This document shows positions 47,346 to 57,003 of a DNA stretch of 64,000 nucleotides, piece after piece (position 1 is the stretch's first letter; each line of letters begins with the position of its first letter). The stretch is taken from contig OZ251997.1 of NCBI GenBank assembly GCA_965247095.1, positions 3,456,001 to 3,520,000 on the forward strand. The letters are read 5' to 3'. Position numbers and translations under genes: made by a program. The DNA comes from Candidatus Multivorans sp. GTDB lineage: Bacteria > Acidobacteriota > Thermoanaerobaculia > Multivoradales > Multivoraceae. The notes under the pieces were generated by a model, which made no database searches, had not been told where the DNA came from, and saw only the letters and a list, made by a program, of their open reading frames with translations.

Positions 47346-48950
47346 ATGAAAGAGAACTTGACCCGCTCGGGCATCAACCTGTCACCCGTCTACGGGCCCT
47401 CCGATTCGAACGGGGACTACAGCAAGCGCTTCGGAAATCCGGGCGAGTACCCGTTTACCCGCGGAACCCGTGCCTATTCCGGGCGGGGCTGGATTCAGCG
47501 CGAGTTGTCAGGTGAGGGCGATCCCAAACGCTCGAACGAGCAGTTCAAGTACCTGATGACTCTCGGCCAGACCGGTCTCGATGTGATCGGTGACAGTCCC
47601 ACCATGTCGCTGATGGATCCCGATCATCCACTCGCGCGATATACCGTTGGCACGCAGGGCGTCTCGCTCTGTCGTCATGATGATTACCGCGAATTGCTCG
47701 ACGATATCCCGCTCGACCAGATGTCGATTTCGAGTTCCGGTCCGTCGATGTTCACGGTGGCGAGCCTCTATCTGCTCGCGAAGGAACGCGGTGTCTCGCC
47801 AGGCGTGCTCCGCGGCTCCGTGATCGAGTGGCCGTTCTATTCCGAACATTGCTCCTATGCGTACAAGATGCCCTTCGATCTCCACCTGCGGATGTCCTGC
47901 GACGTCATCGAGTTCTGCAGCAAAGAGATGCCGAGGTTCCACGGATATCTCGAAGACACCTACTTCTTCAGTGAAGCGGGCCTGAACGCAGTCGAGGAGG
48001 CGGCCCTCGGCTTTGTCGAAATCCGCCACATCGTGCGGACGCTTCTCGCACGCGGCCTCGACGTCGACAGCTTCGCCCCGCGCATCGCCATCCTCACGAA
48101 CTGCTCGATGGACTTCTACGAGGAGATCGCGAAAATTCGCGCCATGCGTCGCATCTTCGCGCGCATGATGAAAGAAGAGTTCGGCTCCAGGGACCCGCGC
48201 TCGCAGGCGGTCAACATCGCAGTGCACACCTCGGGACTTTCGCTGACGACCGAGCAGCCGGCCAACAACATCGTGCGTGGCGCGGTGCAGACGGTCGCAC
48301 TCGGACTGGCCGGGGTCAGCGCGCTCGAGATCTCGACCTTTGATGAGGGCTATCGAACCCCCAGCAAGGAGGCGCATCTGGTCGGGCTGCGCACGCAGCA
48401 GGTGATTGACCTCGAGACGAACATCAATAGCGTGCAGGATCCCTTCGGTGGATCGTGGTTCATGGAGTCGCTCACCGACGAGGTGGAGGCCAGGATTCTG
48501 GATATGGTCAACGACATCGAGGCGCGCGGCGATCCGGCCGAGCTGGTCAGCAGTGGTTACTTCAAACAGTTTTTCCACGGCACGATGGGCCGCTACCACC
48601 ACCAGGTGCGCGACGGGGAAGTGTTGAAGGTCGGAATGAATGTGCACCAGATGCCCGCGGAGCAGGACACGCTGCTGCGCGATATCAGCGAAGAGAAGAT
48701 CGAACCGCTGTTCGATCGAGTCAAGGAGATAGCGGCTTACCGCAACAAGCGCGATCAGAAACCGTTGCTGGACTCGTTTCAGCGATTGCACGACGTCGTG
48801 CAGACCGACGAGAACATGCTTGAAGCGGTGCTCGAATGCACGCTGGCCGGGGCAACCATGGGTGAGATTGCCGGCATTCTCCGTCAGGCCTGGGGCACAC
48901 CGTATGACCCCTACGGTCATCTCGAGTCGCCCATCGGAAGTGCGCCATGA
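47346..48950 (+). CDS. Methylmalonyl-CoA mutase family large subunit, divergent active site
   Basis: PGEYPFTRG, GLDVDSFAPR, EEIAKIRA, LRTQQ, DPFGGSW, ATMGEI; AGGAG RBS. Confidence 0.9.
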   Translation: MKENLTRSGINLSPVYGPSDSNGDYSKRFGNPGEYPFTRGTRAYSGRGWIQRELSGEGDPKRSNEQFKYLMTLGQTGLDVIGDSPTMSLMDPDHPLARYTVGTQGVSLCRHDDYRELLDDIPLDQMSISSSGPSMFTVASLYLLAKERGVSPGVLRGSVIEWPFYSEHCSYAYKMPFDLHLRMSCDVIEFCSKEMPRFHGYLEDTYFFSEAGLNAVEEAALGFVEIRHIVRTLLARGLDVDSFAPRIAILTNCSMDFYEEIAKIRAMRRIFARMMKEEFGSRDPRSQAVNIAVHTSGLSLTTEQPANNIVRGAVQTVALGLAGVSALEISTFDEGYRTPSKEAHLVGLRTQQVIDLETNINSVQDPFGGSWFMESLTDEVEARILDMVNDIEARGDPAELVSSGYFKQFFHGTMGRYHHQVRDGEVLKVGMNVHQMPAEQDTLLRDISEEKIEPLFDRVKEIAAYRNKRDQKPLLDSFQRLHDVVQTDENMLEAVLECTLAGATMGEIAGILRQAWGTPYDPYGHLESPIGSAP

Positions 48951-49351
48951 GCCCGATTCGTGTGCTGGTTGGCGTGCTGGGCATGGACCAGCACGAACTC
49001 GGCGCAGTCGGCATCGCCAGGATGCTTCGCGACCAGGGTATGGAGGTGATCTATACCGGTTGCTTCAATACCCCGGAGACCATCGTGCAGACTGCCATTG
49101 AAGAAGACGCGGATGTCATCGGCATCAGCTCTCATTCCTGGGAGTATCTGTACTACACACCCGAACTACTCGAGCTGCTGAAACAGAACGACCTCGATGT
49201 GCCCGTGGTCCTCGGTGGTTCGGTCATTACCGAGGAGGACGCCGGGAAGATGCTCGACAAGGGTGTCGCAGCAGTATTCGGATCCGGTAGCGTAGTGACC
49301 GACATGATCGATACCGTCAGAAACCTGGCGGCCAGTGCCGCGACATCCTGA
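48947..49351 (+). CDS. Cobalamin-binding small subunit of the mutase
   Basis: DQHELG (DxHxxG), GMEVIYTG, IGISS, VLGG; ATGA overlap. Confidence 0.92.
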   Translation: MSPIRVLVGVLGMDQHELGAVGIARMLRDQGMEVIYTGCFNTPETIVQTAIEEDADVIGISSHSWEYLYYTPELLELLKQNDLDVPVVLGGSVITEEDAGKMLDKGVAAVFGSGSVVTDMIDTVRNLAASAATS

Positions 49352-50306
49352 GCCCACAGTCGACGAACTGGTTGCCGGCACGATTCGCGGCGACCTTCGT
49401 TCGGCGTCGCGGCTCATCCGGATCATTGACGACGGCAGCGCGCTCGCGTGGGACGCGCTGAAGCGACTGTTCCCGCATTCCGGGTCGGCGCTCGTCCTTG
49501 GTATCACTGGTCCTCCCGGTGCAGGCAAGAGCACCCTTGCTGATTGCCTGATCCGAAATGCGCGGCAGTCCGGGAAGACCGTCGGCGTGCTCGCTGTCGA
49601 TCCCAGCAGCCCCATTTCCGGCGGCGCGATTCTGGGCGATCGCATTCGCATGAATCGCTTTGCGCTGGATCAGGACGTGTTTATCCGCTCGCTCGCCAGC
49701 CGGGGTCATTTTGGCGGGATCACACCCGCGACTCGCGGCGCCATACGCGTCATGGATGCGATGGGTAAGGACGTAGTTCTGGTCGAGACAGTCGGCGTCG
49801 GGCAAGACGAGGTCGACATCGCCCGCCTTGCGCACACGACGCTCGTAGTCACAGTTCCGGGGCTCGGCGACGAGATCCAGGCAATGAAGGCCGGCATCCT
49901 CGAAGTCGGCGACGTCTTTATCGTGAACAAGGCGGACCGTCCAGACGCGGACAAAACGGTCGCCTATCTCGAGAACGTCTTCCGTCGGATCCCGGCAGGT
50001 CATTGGCGCCCCCCGGTGATCGAGGCCCAGGCGTTGCACAACAAGGGCATCGAGGACATCTGGCAGGCGATCGTTCAACATCAGAACCACCGCGAGGAAG
50101 CCGGCCCGGCACAGCGCGCGCGCGAGCGCGCCAACTGCGAGGTTGAGTTAAGGGCCTTTCTTCAACAAGGGCTTCAGCGCGAACTGGCAAGACAACTCGA
50201 CAACGAGCCCGAGATCCAGAAGTCGGTGCAGAGCATCCTCGATGGACAGGCCGACATCTATGCGGCCACGGACGACATCCTCGGCAAACTCGGGTTGTTA
50301 CCTTGA
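49335..50306 (+). CDS. meaB: MeaB/ArgK G-protein chaperone
   Basis: GITGPPGAGKST, AVDPSSP, GDRIRM, ETVGVGQ, NKAD. Confidence 0.93.
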   Translation: MPRHPEPTVDELVAGTIRGDLRSASRLIRIIDDGSALAWDALKRLFPHSGSALVLGITGPPGAGKSTLADCLIRNARQSGKTVGVLAVDPSSPISGGAILGDRIRMNRFALDQDVFIRSLASRGHFGGITPATRGAIRVMDAMGKDVVLVETVGVGQDEVDIARLAHTTLVVTVPGLGDEIQAMKAGILEVGDVFIVNKADRPDADKTVAYLENVFRRIPAGHWRPPVIEAQALHNKGIEDIWQAIVQHQNHREEAGPAQRARERANCEVELRAFLQQGLQRELARQLDNEPEIQKSVQSILDGQADIYAATDDILGKLGLLP

Positions 50307-51332
50307 TGCCGCCAACGCCGCCTCTTCTGCCCGCGCCCCGGCGAGGATCCCCTCCAGGCCGTAGTTGCCCTCGTGACAGGCGAACTCGAAGAGATCGTCG
50401 GGCGACTTCTTGAGCGGGATCATCACGGTCCACGGCTCCGTCCAGGTCTTTGGATCGTCGAGCGTGACCACGTACTCCAGGGTCTCGGGCCCCACCCGAG
50501 TCAGCCGTTCCACAAGCTGCAAGTTGCCGGTCGCTCCCCGGTAGCCACCGGCGTCCGAGAAGTTGCGGGTCTCGATGACCAGAGTCTCACCTTCCCAGTG
50601 ACCCCTCGAGTCGCCGTGCCAAAGCCGGACGTCCTCCGGCAGGTGGGGCCTGCCGTCGATCGGGACGACGCGCGCGTCGTGAATCATCTCCATGAGCAGG
50701 ACGACATGGTCCTCGCCCTGAAAAATCTGGGTGTAGCTGTTGTAGGCGGCGCGGAGCCGAGGTACGCCGAAGGAGATGCAGCGCTCGGTGAGGCTGCGAT
50801 CCTCCGGACCCGCTGCCGGTTGATTCCTGGCCGCACGGAACCCGGCGGCACGCTTCTCGCCTTCGTCCGTCAGGGCGGGCAGGCGGCCGTTTGGAGGGTC
50901 GACGATCAGCGACGTGCGATTGTCCCAGTCGCGCTCGGCCACCCAAAACTGGTTGTAGTTGCCTGTGGCGGCGTCCGTCGACGTGAACGACTCTGTTCCG
51001 TTCAGAGCGGCGTTGAAGACGCTGTCGCCAAACGCGGCATCGTCACTATCGAGAGCGAAGAGCGACTCCGCCGTCTGCCGGATCGCGGCCAGCTCGGCGT
51101 CGGTGAGGGTCTCCCGACCGGCTAAGGCCTCGGGCCGCTCGAGCGGAGTCGCGATGTTGTTGGCCCAGACCCCCTGGAGATCAGGCTGACCGAAGACGTT
51201 GCGCGGCGCCTTCCAGCCGCTGTCGGCGGCCGCCCCGGCTGCGGCGACGGCCGGCACGACCCCAACGATTCCTACGAGAGCCAGGGCGAACGGCAGCCGG
51301 GTCAGCGGCGTGCCTGCGCTGCGGCAAGTCAT
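50298..51332 (-). CDS. Secreted hypothetical protein, EFACHEGNY-motif family
   Basis: GQPDLQGVW, RTSLIVDPPNGRLP, GDSRGHWEGETLV, EFACHEGNY; paralogue of the 43173 N-terminal domain. Confidence 0.8.
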   Translation of the reverse strand: MTCRSAGTPLTRLPFALALVGIVGVVPAVAAAGAAADSGWKAPRNVFGQPDLQGVWANNIATPLERPEALAGRETLTDAELAAIRQTAESLFALDSDDAAFGDSVFNAALNGTESFTSTDAATGNYNQFWVAERDWDNRTSLIVDPPNGRLPALTDEGEKRAAGFRAARNQPAAGPEDRSLTERCISFGVPRLRAAYNSYTQIFQGEDHVVLLMEMIHDARVVPIDGRPHLPEDVRLWHGDSRGHWEGETLVIETRNFSDAGGYRGATGNLQLVERLTRVGPETLEYVVTLDDPKTWTEPWTVMIPLKKSPDDLFEFACHEGNYGLEGILAGARAEEAALAASR

Positions 51333-51422
51333 CGCGATCTCCTTTCGCGGCCAGCTCCGGCCATGACGGTCTTTCTTCGCATCTCGCCAACCAGATCGAA
51401 CTGATAATGACACGAGAGGAGC

Positions 51423-51479
51423 CTACTTCACCACGAACTTCTGGATCCGGTTCCCCGTATTGACCTCACCCGTGTGGGC
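51423..51479 (-). pseudogene. C-terminal stub of an NHL-repeat protein
   Basis: TGEVNTGNRIQKFVVK-stop with no upstream body. Confidence 0.45.
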
Positions 51480-51538
51480 GCTTGTCGCGCCGACGGCCTG
51501 GGATGTCGCGACGACATCTACCTGGAGCATCCGACTTC

Positions 51539-52462
51539 CTAGTCGGCGATAACGTGCGCCAGAAAGCCGCGGATTACCTCGTAGGCCGCCCGCGTCTGCT
51601 CGGCGCTGAAACGGCCGTGGCCGCCTCCGGGGATGGTGTGCAGCTTGTTCGCGACTCCGGCTTCCTTGAGCTTTGCGTGCAGCCGGACGGCGTGGTCGTA
51701 AGGCACGTTCGGGTCGGCGTCGCCGTGAATGGTGAGGATCGGCGGCAGGTCGTCGCGCACCATGTTGAGCGGCGAGAGCTGTTTGCCGAGCTCGCTTCTG
51801 TTCGGCAGGCTTCCCATCCACGCCACTGCGTAGGTCTTGGCGTTCTCCCCCTCGACCAGGTCCGGTACGTCGGTGATGCCGTACCAATTGACGATCGCCG
51901 CGACAGGCATCTCCTCCACCACCGCGTCGGCGGAGGTGGGGGAGCGCTGCGGACACCGATTGTCGAAGCCGTCGCCGGCAGTCAGCATGCCGGTGGTCAG
52001 CGATAGATGGCCTCCTGCCGAGTGACCGGTAACGACGAGCCGATCGACGTCGAGGTCGTACTGCTCGGCGTTATTGCGGATCCATCGCAGCGCGCAGCGG
52101 CAGTCCTCTACCGCACCGGGGGCGAGAGCGACGCGGCCAAGCCGGTACTCGACGTTGACCACGGCCCACCCCATGCTGAGATAGGGCATGAGACGCATGA
52201 GGTTGCTCTCCTTCGTGCCGCTGACCCAGCCACCGCCGTGGATGTATACCAACGTCGGGGTGAGCGACGGGTCTTCTCCCTGAAGCGGCAGGATCAGGTC
52301 GAGCTTCGACTCGTAGCCGTCGGCAACCAGGTAGGTCTGGTTCGGGATCACTCGGAAGTAACTCTCGGCCTCCGCCGCCCAGTTGGCGGGAACGCTCGGC
52401 TGCGCCGTTGTACCTCCGGCCGCAAGAGCCAAGACAAGTAGTGGCAGAGAGACGCTTCGCAT
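51539..52462 (-). CDS. Secreted alpha/beta hydrolase (HGGG esterase)
   Basis: IHGGGW, GHSAGG, HGDADPNVP, GGGH. Confidence 0.9.
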   Translation of the reverse strand: MRSVSLPLLVLALAAGGTTAQPSVPANWAAEAESYFRVIPNQTYLVADGYESKLDLILPLQGEDPSLTPTLVYIHGGGWVSGTKESNLMRLMPYLSMGWAVVNVEYRLGRVALAPGAVEDCRCALRWIRNNAEQYDLDVDRLVVTGHSAGGHLSLTTGMLTAGDGFDNRCPQRSPTSADAVVEEMPVAAIVNWYGITDVPDLVEGENAKTYAVAWMGSLPNRSELGKQLSPLNMVRDDLPPILTIHGDADPNVPYDHAVRLHAKLKEAGVANKLHTIPGGGHGRFSAEQTRAAYEVIRGFLAHVIAD

Positions 52463-52689
52463 GGGTCCTCCCTTCGCTGCTGCGGCAGCGGTTCTCGATC
52501 GTGCTTTCTACGAGAATGCGTAGCCTATACCTCTCAGGGTCAGCCTACGGCCGACGTAAGGCCGTAGCCAGCCAATATCGTGCGCGGAGTTCCAGCCCGA
52601 CTTCGCCAAGCTGGCCGAGGCCTGCGGCTGCCATGGTGAGACGGTCTTGGATCCTGGCGAGGTCGGCGACGAAGCCCTTCGGCCGAAGG

Positions 52690-52810
52690 GCTCGCCAGGC
52701 GCAACTCGCCAGCTCTCCGAGCAGCTTGCTGTCGTAGCGGCAGAAGATGCGGAGCCGTTTGGGGATCGTGAAGACGACCTGGCGGTGAGGCACGTCCTCG
52801 AGCAGCTCTT
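52690..52810 (-). mobile_element. IS91-like transposase fragment
   Basis: LLEDVPHRQVVFTIPKRLRIFCRYDSKLLGEL. Confidence 0.6.
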
Positions 52811-52855
52811 CACGCGTTAGAATGGCGTCGAAACGACACTACGGAGGAGTGGGCC

Positions 52856-54028
52856 ATGAGCCAAGGAGGGCGTTTCAACGCCATTGCGCTCGAACGTGTG
52901 GTATTCGGTCGCCCGGCCGCCGAGGTCGTACCCGGCGAGCTCGAGCGGCTGGGCCGCTCGCGGGCCTGCCTGCTGGTGAGCGACAGCTTGCGGACGGGCA
53001 CCTCCGAGGTCTCGGATTTGGAGGAAGCGCTGGGAGGCGCGGCGGTGGGGACCTACTCCGGGATGCCGCCGCACACCCCCCGCGAGGCGGTCATCGAATG
53101 TGCGGCGCTTGCCCGCGAAAGCAGAGCCGACATCATCGTCACTTTAGGGGGAGGGTCGCTTACTGATGCCGGCAAGGTGGTTCAGCTTTGCCTGGAACAT
53201 GACGTCACCGAGCCCGAGGGGCTCGAGCCATTCATCACCCGTACCGCGGCGGACGGCCGCGTGGAGAGCCCCGCGATCCGGGCGCCGCGGGTGCGGCAGC
53301 TCACCTTGCCGACCACGCTCTCCGGGGGGGAGTTCGGATTCGGTGCAGGCTGCACCGACAGCGCGCGGCGGATAAAGCAAACGTACCGGCACGCGTTGTT
53401 CGTGCCGCAGGTCGTGGTGCTCGACCCGGCGCTGACCTTGCACACGCCCGAGTCGTTGTGGCTCTCGACAGGTATTCGCGCGGTCGACCATGCGGTGGAG
53501 ACGCTGTGCTCGCCGCGCGCGACCGCGCACTCCGACGGCCCCGCCCTGCATGCGCTGCGTCTGCTCGGCGCGGGCTTGCGGCGTTCCAAGGCGGACCCCG
53601 CAGACCTCGATGCCCGGCTGGATTGTCAGCTCGGGGTATGGGCTTCGATGGAGCACAACCAGGATGGCATCCCGATGGGCGCGAGCCACGGGATCGGTCA
53701 TGTCCTCGGCGGCACCTGCGGGGTGCCTCACGGGCACACGTCGTGCGTCATGCTGCCCGCGGTCCTCGACTGGAACGCCGAGGCGAATCCCCAGGCGCAA
53801 GCGCGGGTCAGCGAAGCACTGGGGCGCCCGGGCGAGCCCGCGTCGCAGGTGGCGGACGAGCTCGTGCGAGAGCTCGGTCTGCCCCGGAGTTTGACCGAGG
53901 TTGGCGTCTCGAGGGAGCAGTTCGACTTGGTGGCGAGGAACGCGATGCACGATCGATGCATTCACACCAATCCTCGGGCGATCCACGGTCCCGAGGACGT
54001 TCTCGAAATTCTCGAACTTGCCGCTTGA
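52856..54028 (+). CDS. Iron-containing alcohol dehydrogenase / maleylacetate reductase-like, copy 2
   Basis: Same length as copy 1; about 29 amino-acid differences by manual count. Confidence 0.9.
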   Translation: MSQGGRFNAIALERVVFGRPAAEVVPGELERLGRSRACLLVSDSLRTGTSEVSDLEEALGGAAVGTYSGMPPHTPREAVIECAALARESRADIIVTLGGGSLTDAGKVVQLCLEHDVTEPEGLEPFITRTAADGRVESPAIRAPRVRQLTLPTTLSGGEFGFGAGCTDSARRIKQTYRHALFVPQVVVLDPALTLHTPESLWLSTGIRAVDHAVETLCSPRATAHSDGPALHALRLLGAGLRRSKADPADLDARLDCQLGVWASMEHNQDGIPMGASHGIGHVLGGTCGVPHGHTSCVMLPAVLDWNAEANPQAQARVSEALGRPGEPASQVADELVRELGLPRSLTEVGVSREQFDLVARNAMHDRCIHTNPRAIHGPEDVLEILELAA

Positions 54029-54036
54029 GGTTAACG

Positions 54037-54075
54037 ATGCGCATCTGGATCGCTCAGATCAGTCACGAGACCAAC
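54037..54075 (+). pseudogene. M81/MlrC peptidase N-terminal stub
   Basis: MRIWIAQISHETN after RBS GAGG; matches the typical MlrC start xHETN. Confidence 0.65.
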
Positions 54076-54104
54076 TACGCCGATTCTTACAGCGCGCAAA
54101 GTTG

Positions 54105-55130
54105 TTATGAAACTGGACGATACAAGGTCGCCGGCGCCAACACTTTCCGATCTTGTCCTGTCATCGGACTTGGACCGAAGTCTATTTCGATGATTATGTA
54201 ACGAACTAGCTCAAGCCCCAGATCAATTTCATCAGGAGGTCGGCTCGGGCGGTATAGGTGCAACGTCATCGCGGTACATGTTTCCGTTTTGACTCCTTGC
54301 GCATCCGAGACCATTTCGACATGGAACATATCTTCGAAATGATGTTCAAGGTAATACTCAAGAGGGATGAATCCACAGGGTACTTCTACAAAGGCAAGAC
54401 TGTACCCAGTATCCATCCCGATAAGGTGACACATCCCCATTGAGTCCGCATTTCCTTGAAATAGTTGCCGCAAGACACCAAGGTAAAGTGGCAGTTTATC
54501 AGGACTGTACTGACGTGCCCCCTGCTGTTCAAACCAGAAAACCGGTTGGGTGATTCGTTCGAGGATGAGTGCATTGCTCAACACATCTTCGGCCATACCA
54601 TGTGGTAGAAAGGCAAGTCCGTTCATCAGGCAGGCCATGATCTGCGCGAGTACCGCGCGATCCGTTGCATTGTGTTGCAGATCCAAAGCCTCACACAAGG
54701 CACTTCGAACCCGCTCGTCGACGGCTACTCCCTGGCGTGATAAATCACGAAACACCTGATGCATATGGTCTTGAGCATCTAGGGCCAAATAGTGAATGAC
54801 ACCAGGACCCTGCACCATATGTTGTTTTTTTATGCCAAGTGCTCCGATGCCTACACCACACCCTGTTTCGATAATGACGGTACCAGGCGGTGCCGTCAAG
54901 ACCCTTTCGAAGTCAGGACCAAGGTTCCGGCGGTAGAGGCTCACCGGGCGGATGACCATGCACTGAGCACGGTATTGCCGATAATCTGCTGCGAAACCGA
55001 CATTGTCGTTCCCATAGGTGTTGGTGCTTTGAGGGTTTTCGTCGAGGACTCTGAATAGCACGCCTGCTTCTGATTCTTGTGGTGGATACCAGGTTGTTTG
55101 AACGAGATCAGTATAATTCTCTAAGACCAT
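54105..55130 (-). CDS. Low-GC hypothetical protein, possible SAM-dependent methyltransferase fold
   Basis: 341 aa ORF, visibly AT-richer than flanks; VIIETGCGVGIG followed by YLALD. Confidence 0.6.
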   Translation of the reverse strand: MVLENYTDLVQTTWYPPQESEAGVLFRVLDENPQSTNTYGNDNVGFAADYRQYRAQCMVIRPVSLYRRNLGPDFERVLTAPPGTVIIETGCGVGIGALGIKKQHMVQGPGVIHYLALDAQDHMHQVFRDLSRQGVAVDERVRSALCEALDLQHNATDRAVLAQIMACLMNGLAFLPHGMAEDVLSNALILERITQPVFWFEQQGARQYSPDKLPLYLGVLRQLFQGNADSMGMCHLIGMDTGYSLAFVEVPCGFIPLEYYLEHHFEDMFHVEMVSDAQGVKTETCTAMTLHLYRPSRPPDEIDLGLELVRYIIIEIDFGPSPMTGQDRKVLAPATLYRPVS

Positions 55131-55286
55131 GCCCTTCTCCTGGGTTGAATGAGGTGCAGAAACAACTGAATAGCGGACCGTTTCGCACCAGTGGGGGTGG
55201 TGGTGAGGGCGTCGTTCACGGCGCGACCATCGCGTCCGCAACCGGAGTCACCATGGCGAGTGTAGAGTTCATCGTTGGAGGTTGAC

Positions 55287-56990
55287 ATGAAGTGTCGCGC
55301 ATTACTCACAGCCTACGTATGCGCCGCCGTCGCCATGGCGACGGGGTCTCTCGGCCAGGCGCAAGTCCAAGACTTCACCCCGGTCACCGATGCGATGCTG
55401 CAGAATCCCGACCCGGCCGACTGGTTGAGCTGGCGGCGCACCCTGAATGGATGGGGGTATAGCCCGCTTGAACAGATCGACCGGAGCAATGTCGATGAGC
55501 TCCGGCTCGCCTGGTCCTGGGGCCTCGAACCCGGAGTGTCGCAGACGACGCCGATCGTGCACGACGGCGTCATGTATGTCGCGAACCCAGGCAATGTGGT
55601 CCAGGCGCTCGACGCGCGCACCGGCGACTTCATGTGGGAGTACCGCCGTGAGATGGACGTGCGACGCCGAAGCGCGGCGCAGACGCGCAGCATTGCCGTC
55701 TACCAGGATCTGGTGATCCTGAACACTGTCGATGCGCACATCGTCGGGCTGGATGCCCGGACGGGCGAGGCGCGCTGGGATACGCCGGTCGGGGGCGATC
55801 AGGAAGGCTACACCTTTTCGAACGGACCGATCGTCGTCGATGGGACGATCGTCGCCGGGATGACAGGCTGCGGGCGTTACCGTGACGACACCTGCTACAT
55901 CGTCGGCGTCGACGGCCGCACCGGCCGGTTGCTCTGGCGAACCTCGACCATCGCCCGGCCCGGCGAGAGCGGCGGCGACACCTGGGGCGATTTGCCGCTC
56001 ATGTTTCGCGCGGGGAGCGACGCCTGGATGACTGGAAGCTATGACCCGGTCACCGGGCTCGTCTACTGGGGTACGTCGCAGCCCAAGCCGCATAACCGCG
56101 ACGCACGCGGCACCGACGGTGACGCCCTCTACAGCAACTCGACGCTCGCGCTCGACCCTGCGACCGGTGAGATGAGGTGGTACTACCAGCACATCCCGGG
56201 CGATGCGCACGACATGGACGAGTCGTTCGAGCGCATCCTGATCGACTACGACGGCAAGCGTTCGCTGTTCACTATGGGCAAGCTCGGGATTCTCTGGGAA
56301 CTCGACCGCTTCACGGGCGAGTTCCGGCGCGCGATCGACCTCGGCTATCAGAACATCCTGGATGTCGACTCGCAGACCGGTGAGGTGACTTACCGGGACG
56401 GGATGCTAACCGACGTCGGCGAAGAGCTCTCCTTCTGCCCCAGTACTGGTGGCTTCAAGAGCCTGCGGGCGATGGCGTATCACCCCGGGACCGAGGCGTT
56501 GTACGTGCCGCTCAGTCTCAGCTGTCAGACCGTCACATTCGGCCCGGTCGAGCGACGCGCCGGGGGCGGCGGCGGGGGCAGCAGGCCCGGACGGACGAAT
56601 CACTTTCATCCGCAGGCGCCGAACCAACTGGGCGAGTTTCAAGCGCTGGACCTGCGGACCGGCGAGACCCTCTGGCGCCAGCGCCGCCGGGTGCCCTACA
56701 ACACGGCGGCGCTGACGACCGGCGGGGACCTGGTGTTCATCGGCGACTGGGGCCGGCACGTCTTCGCCTACGACGTGCGGAACGGCGAGCCGCTCTGGCA
56801 GAGCCGGCTCTCGACGATGGCGAACGGGTTCCCGATCACTTATGCCGTCGACGGCAAGCAGTTCGTCGCGTTCGTGGCCGGCCCGTCGATCAGCCGCTCG
56901 AGCTGGGCGACAATTCTCCCGGCCGACCTCATACCCGAAGAGCACAACCCGCGGGGCGGTAGCGGCGTCTTCGTGTTCGCGTTGCCCTAG
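55287..56990 (+). CDS. PQQ-dependent dehydrogenase (alcohol DH-like)
   Basis: DWLSWRRT, YSPLEQID, AWMTGSYDP, WYYQHIPGD, FPITYAVDGKQF. Confidence 0.9.
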   Translation: MKCRALLTAYVCAAVAMATGSLGQAQVQDFTPVTDAMLQNPDPADWLSWRRTLNGWGYSPLEQIDRSNVDELRLAWSWGLEPGVSQTTPIVHDGVMYVANPGNVVQALDARTGDFMWEYRREMDVRRRSAAQTRSIAVYQDLVILNTVDAHIVGLDARTGEARWDTPVGGDQEGYTFSNGPIVVDGTIVAGMTGCGRYRDDTCYIVGVDGRTGRLLWRTSTIARPGESGGDTWGDLPLMFRAGSDAWMTGSYDPVTGLVYWGTSQPKPHNRDARGTDGDALYSNSTLALDPATGEMRWYYQHIPGDAHDMDESFERILIDYDGKRSLFTMGKLGILWELDRFTGEFRRAIDLGYQNILDVDSQTGEVTYRDGMLTDVGEELSFCPSTGGFKSLRAMAYHPGTEALYVPLSLSCQTVTFGPVERRAGGGGGGSRPGRTNHFHPQAPNQLGEFQALDLRTGETLWRQRRRVPYNTAALTTGGDLVFIGDWGRHVFAYDVRNGEPLWQSRLSTMANGFPITYAVDGKQFVAFVAGPSISRSSWATILPADLIPEEHNPRGGSGVFVFALP

Positions 56991-57003
56991 GGAGGATGAC
57001 GGC

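Noticed and set aside
56190-56225. DxD motif as lanthanide-dependence signature in PQQ enzymes
   Set aside because: The same DxD occurs in GDH-type enzymes, so it is not diagnostic here
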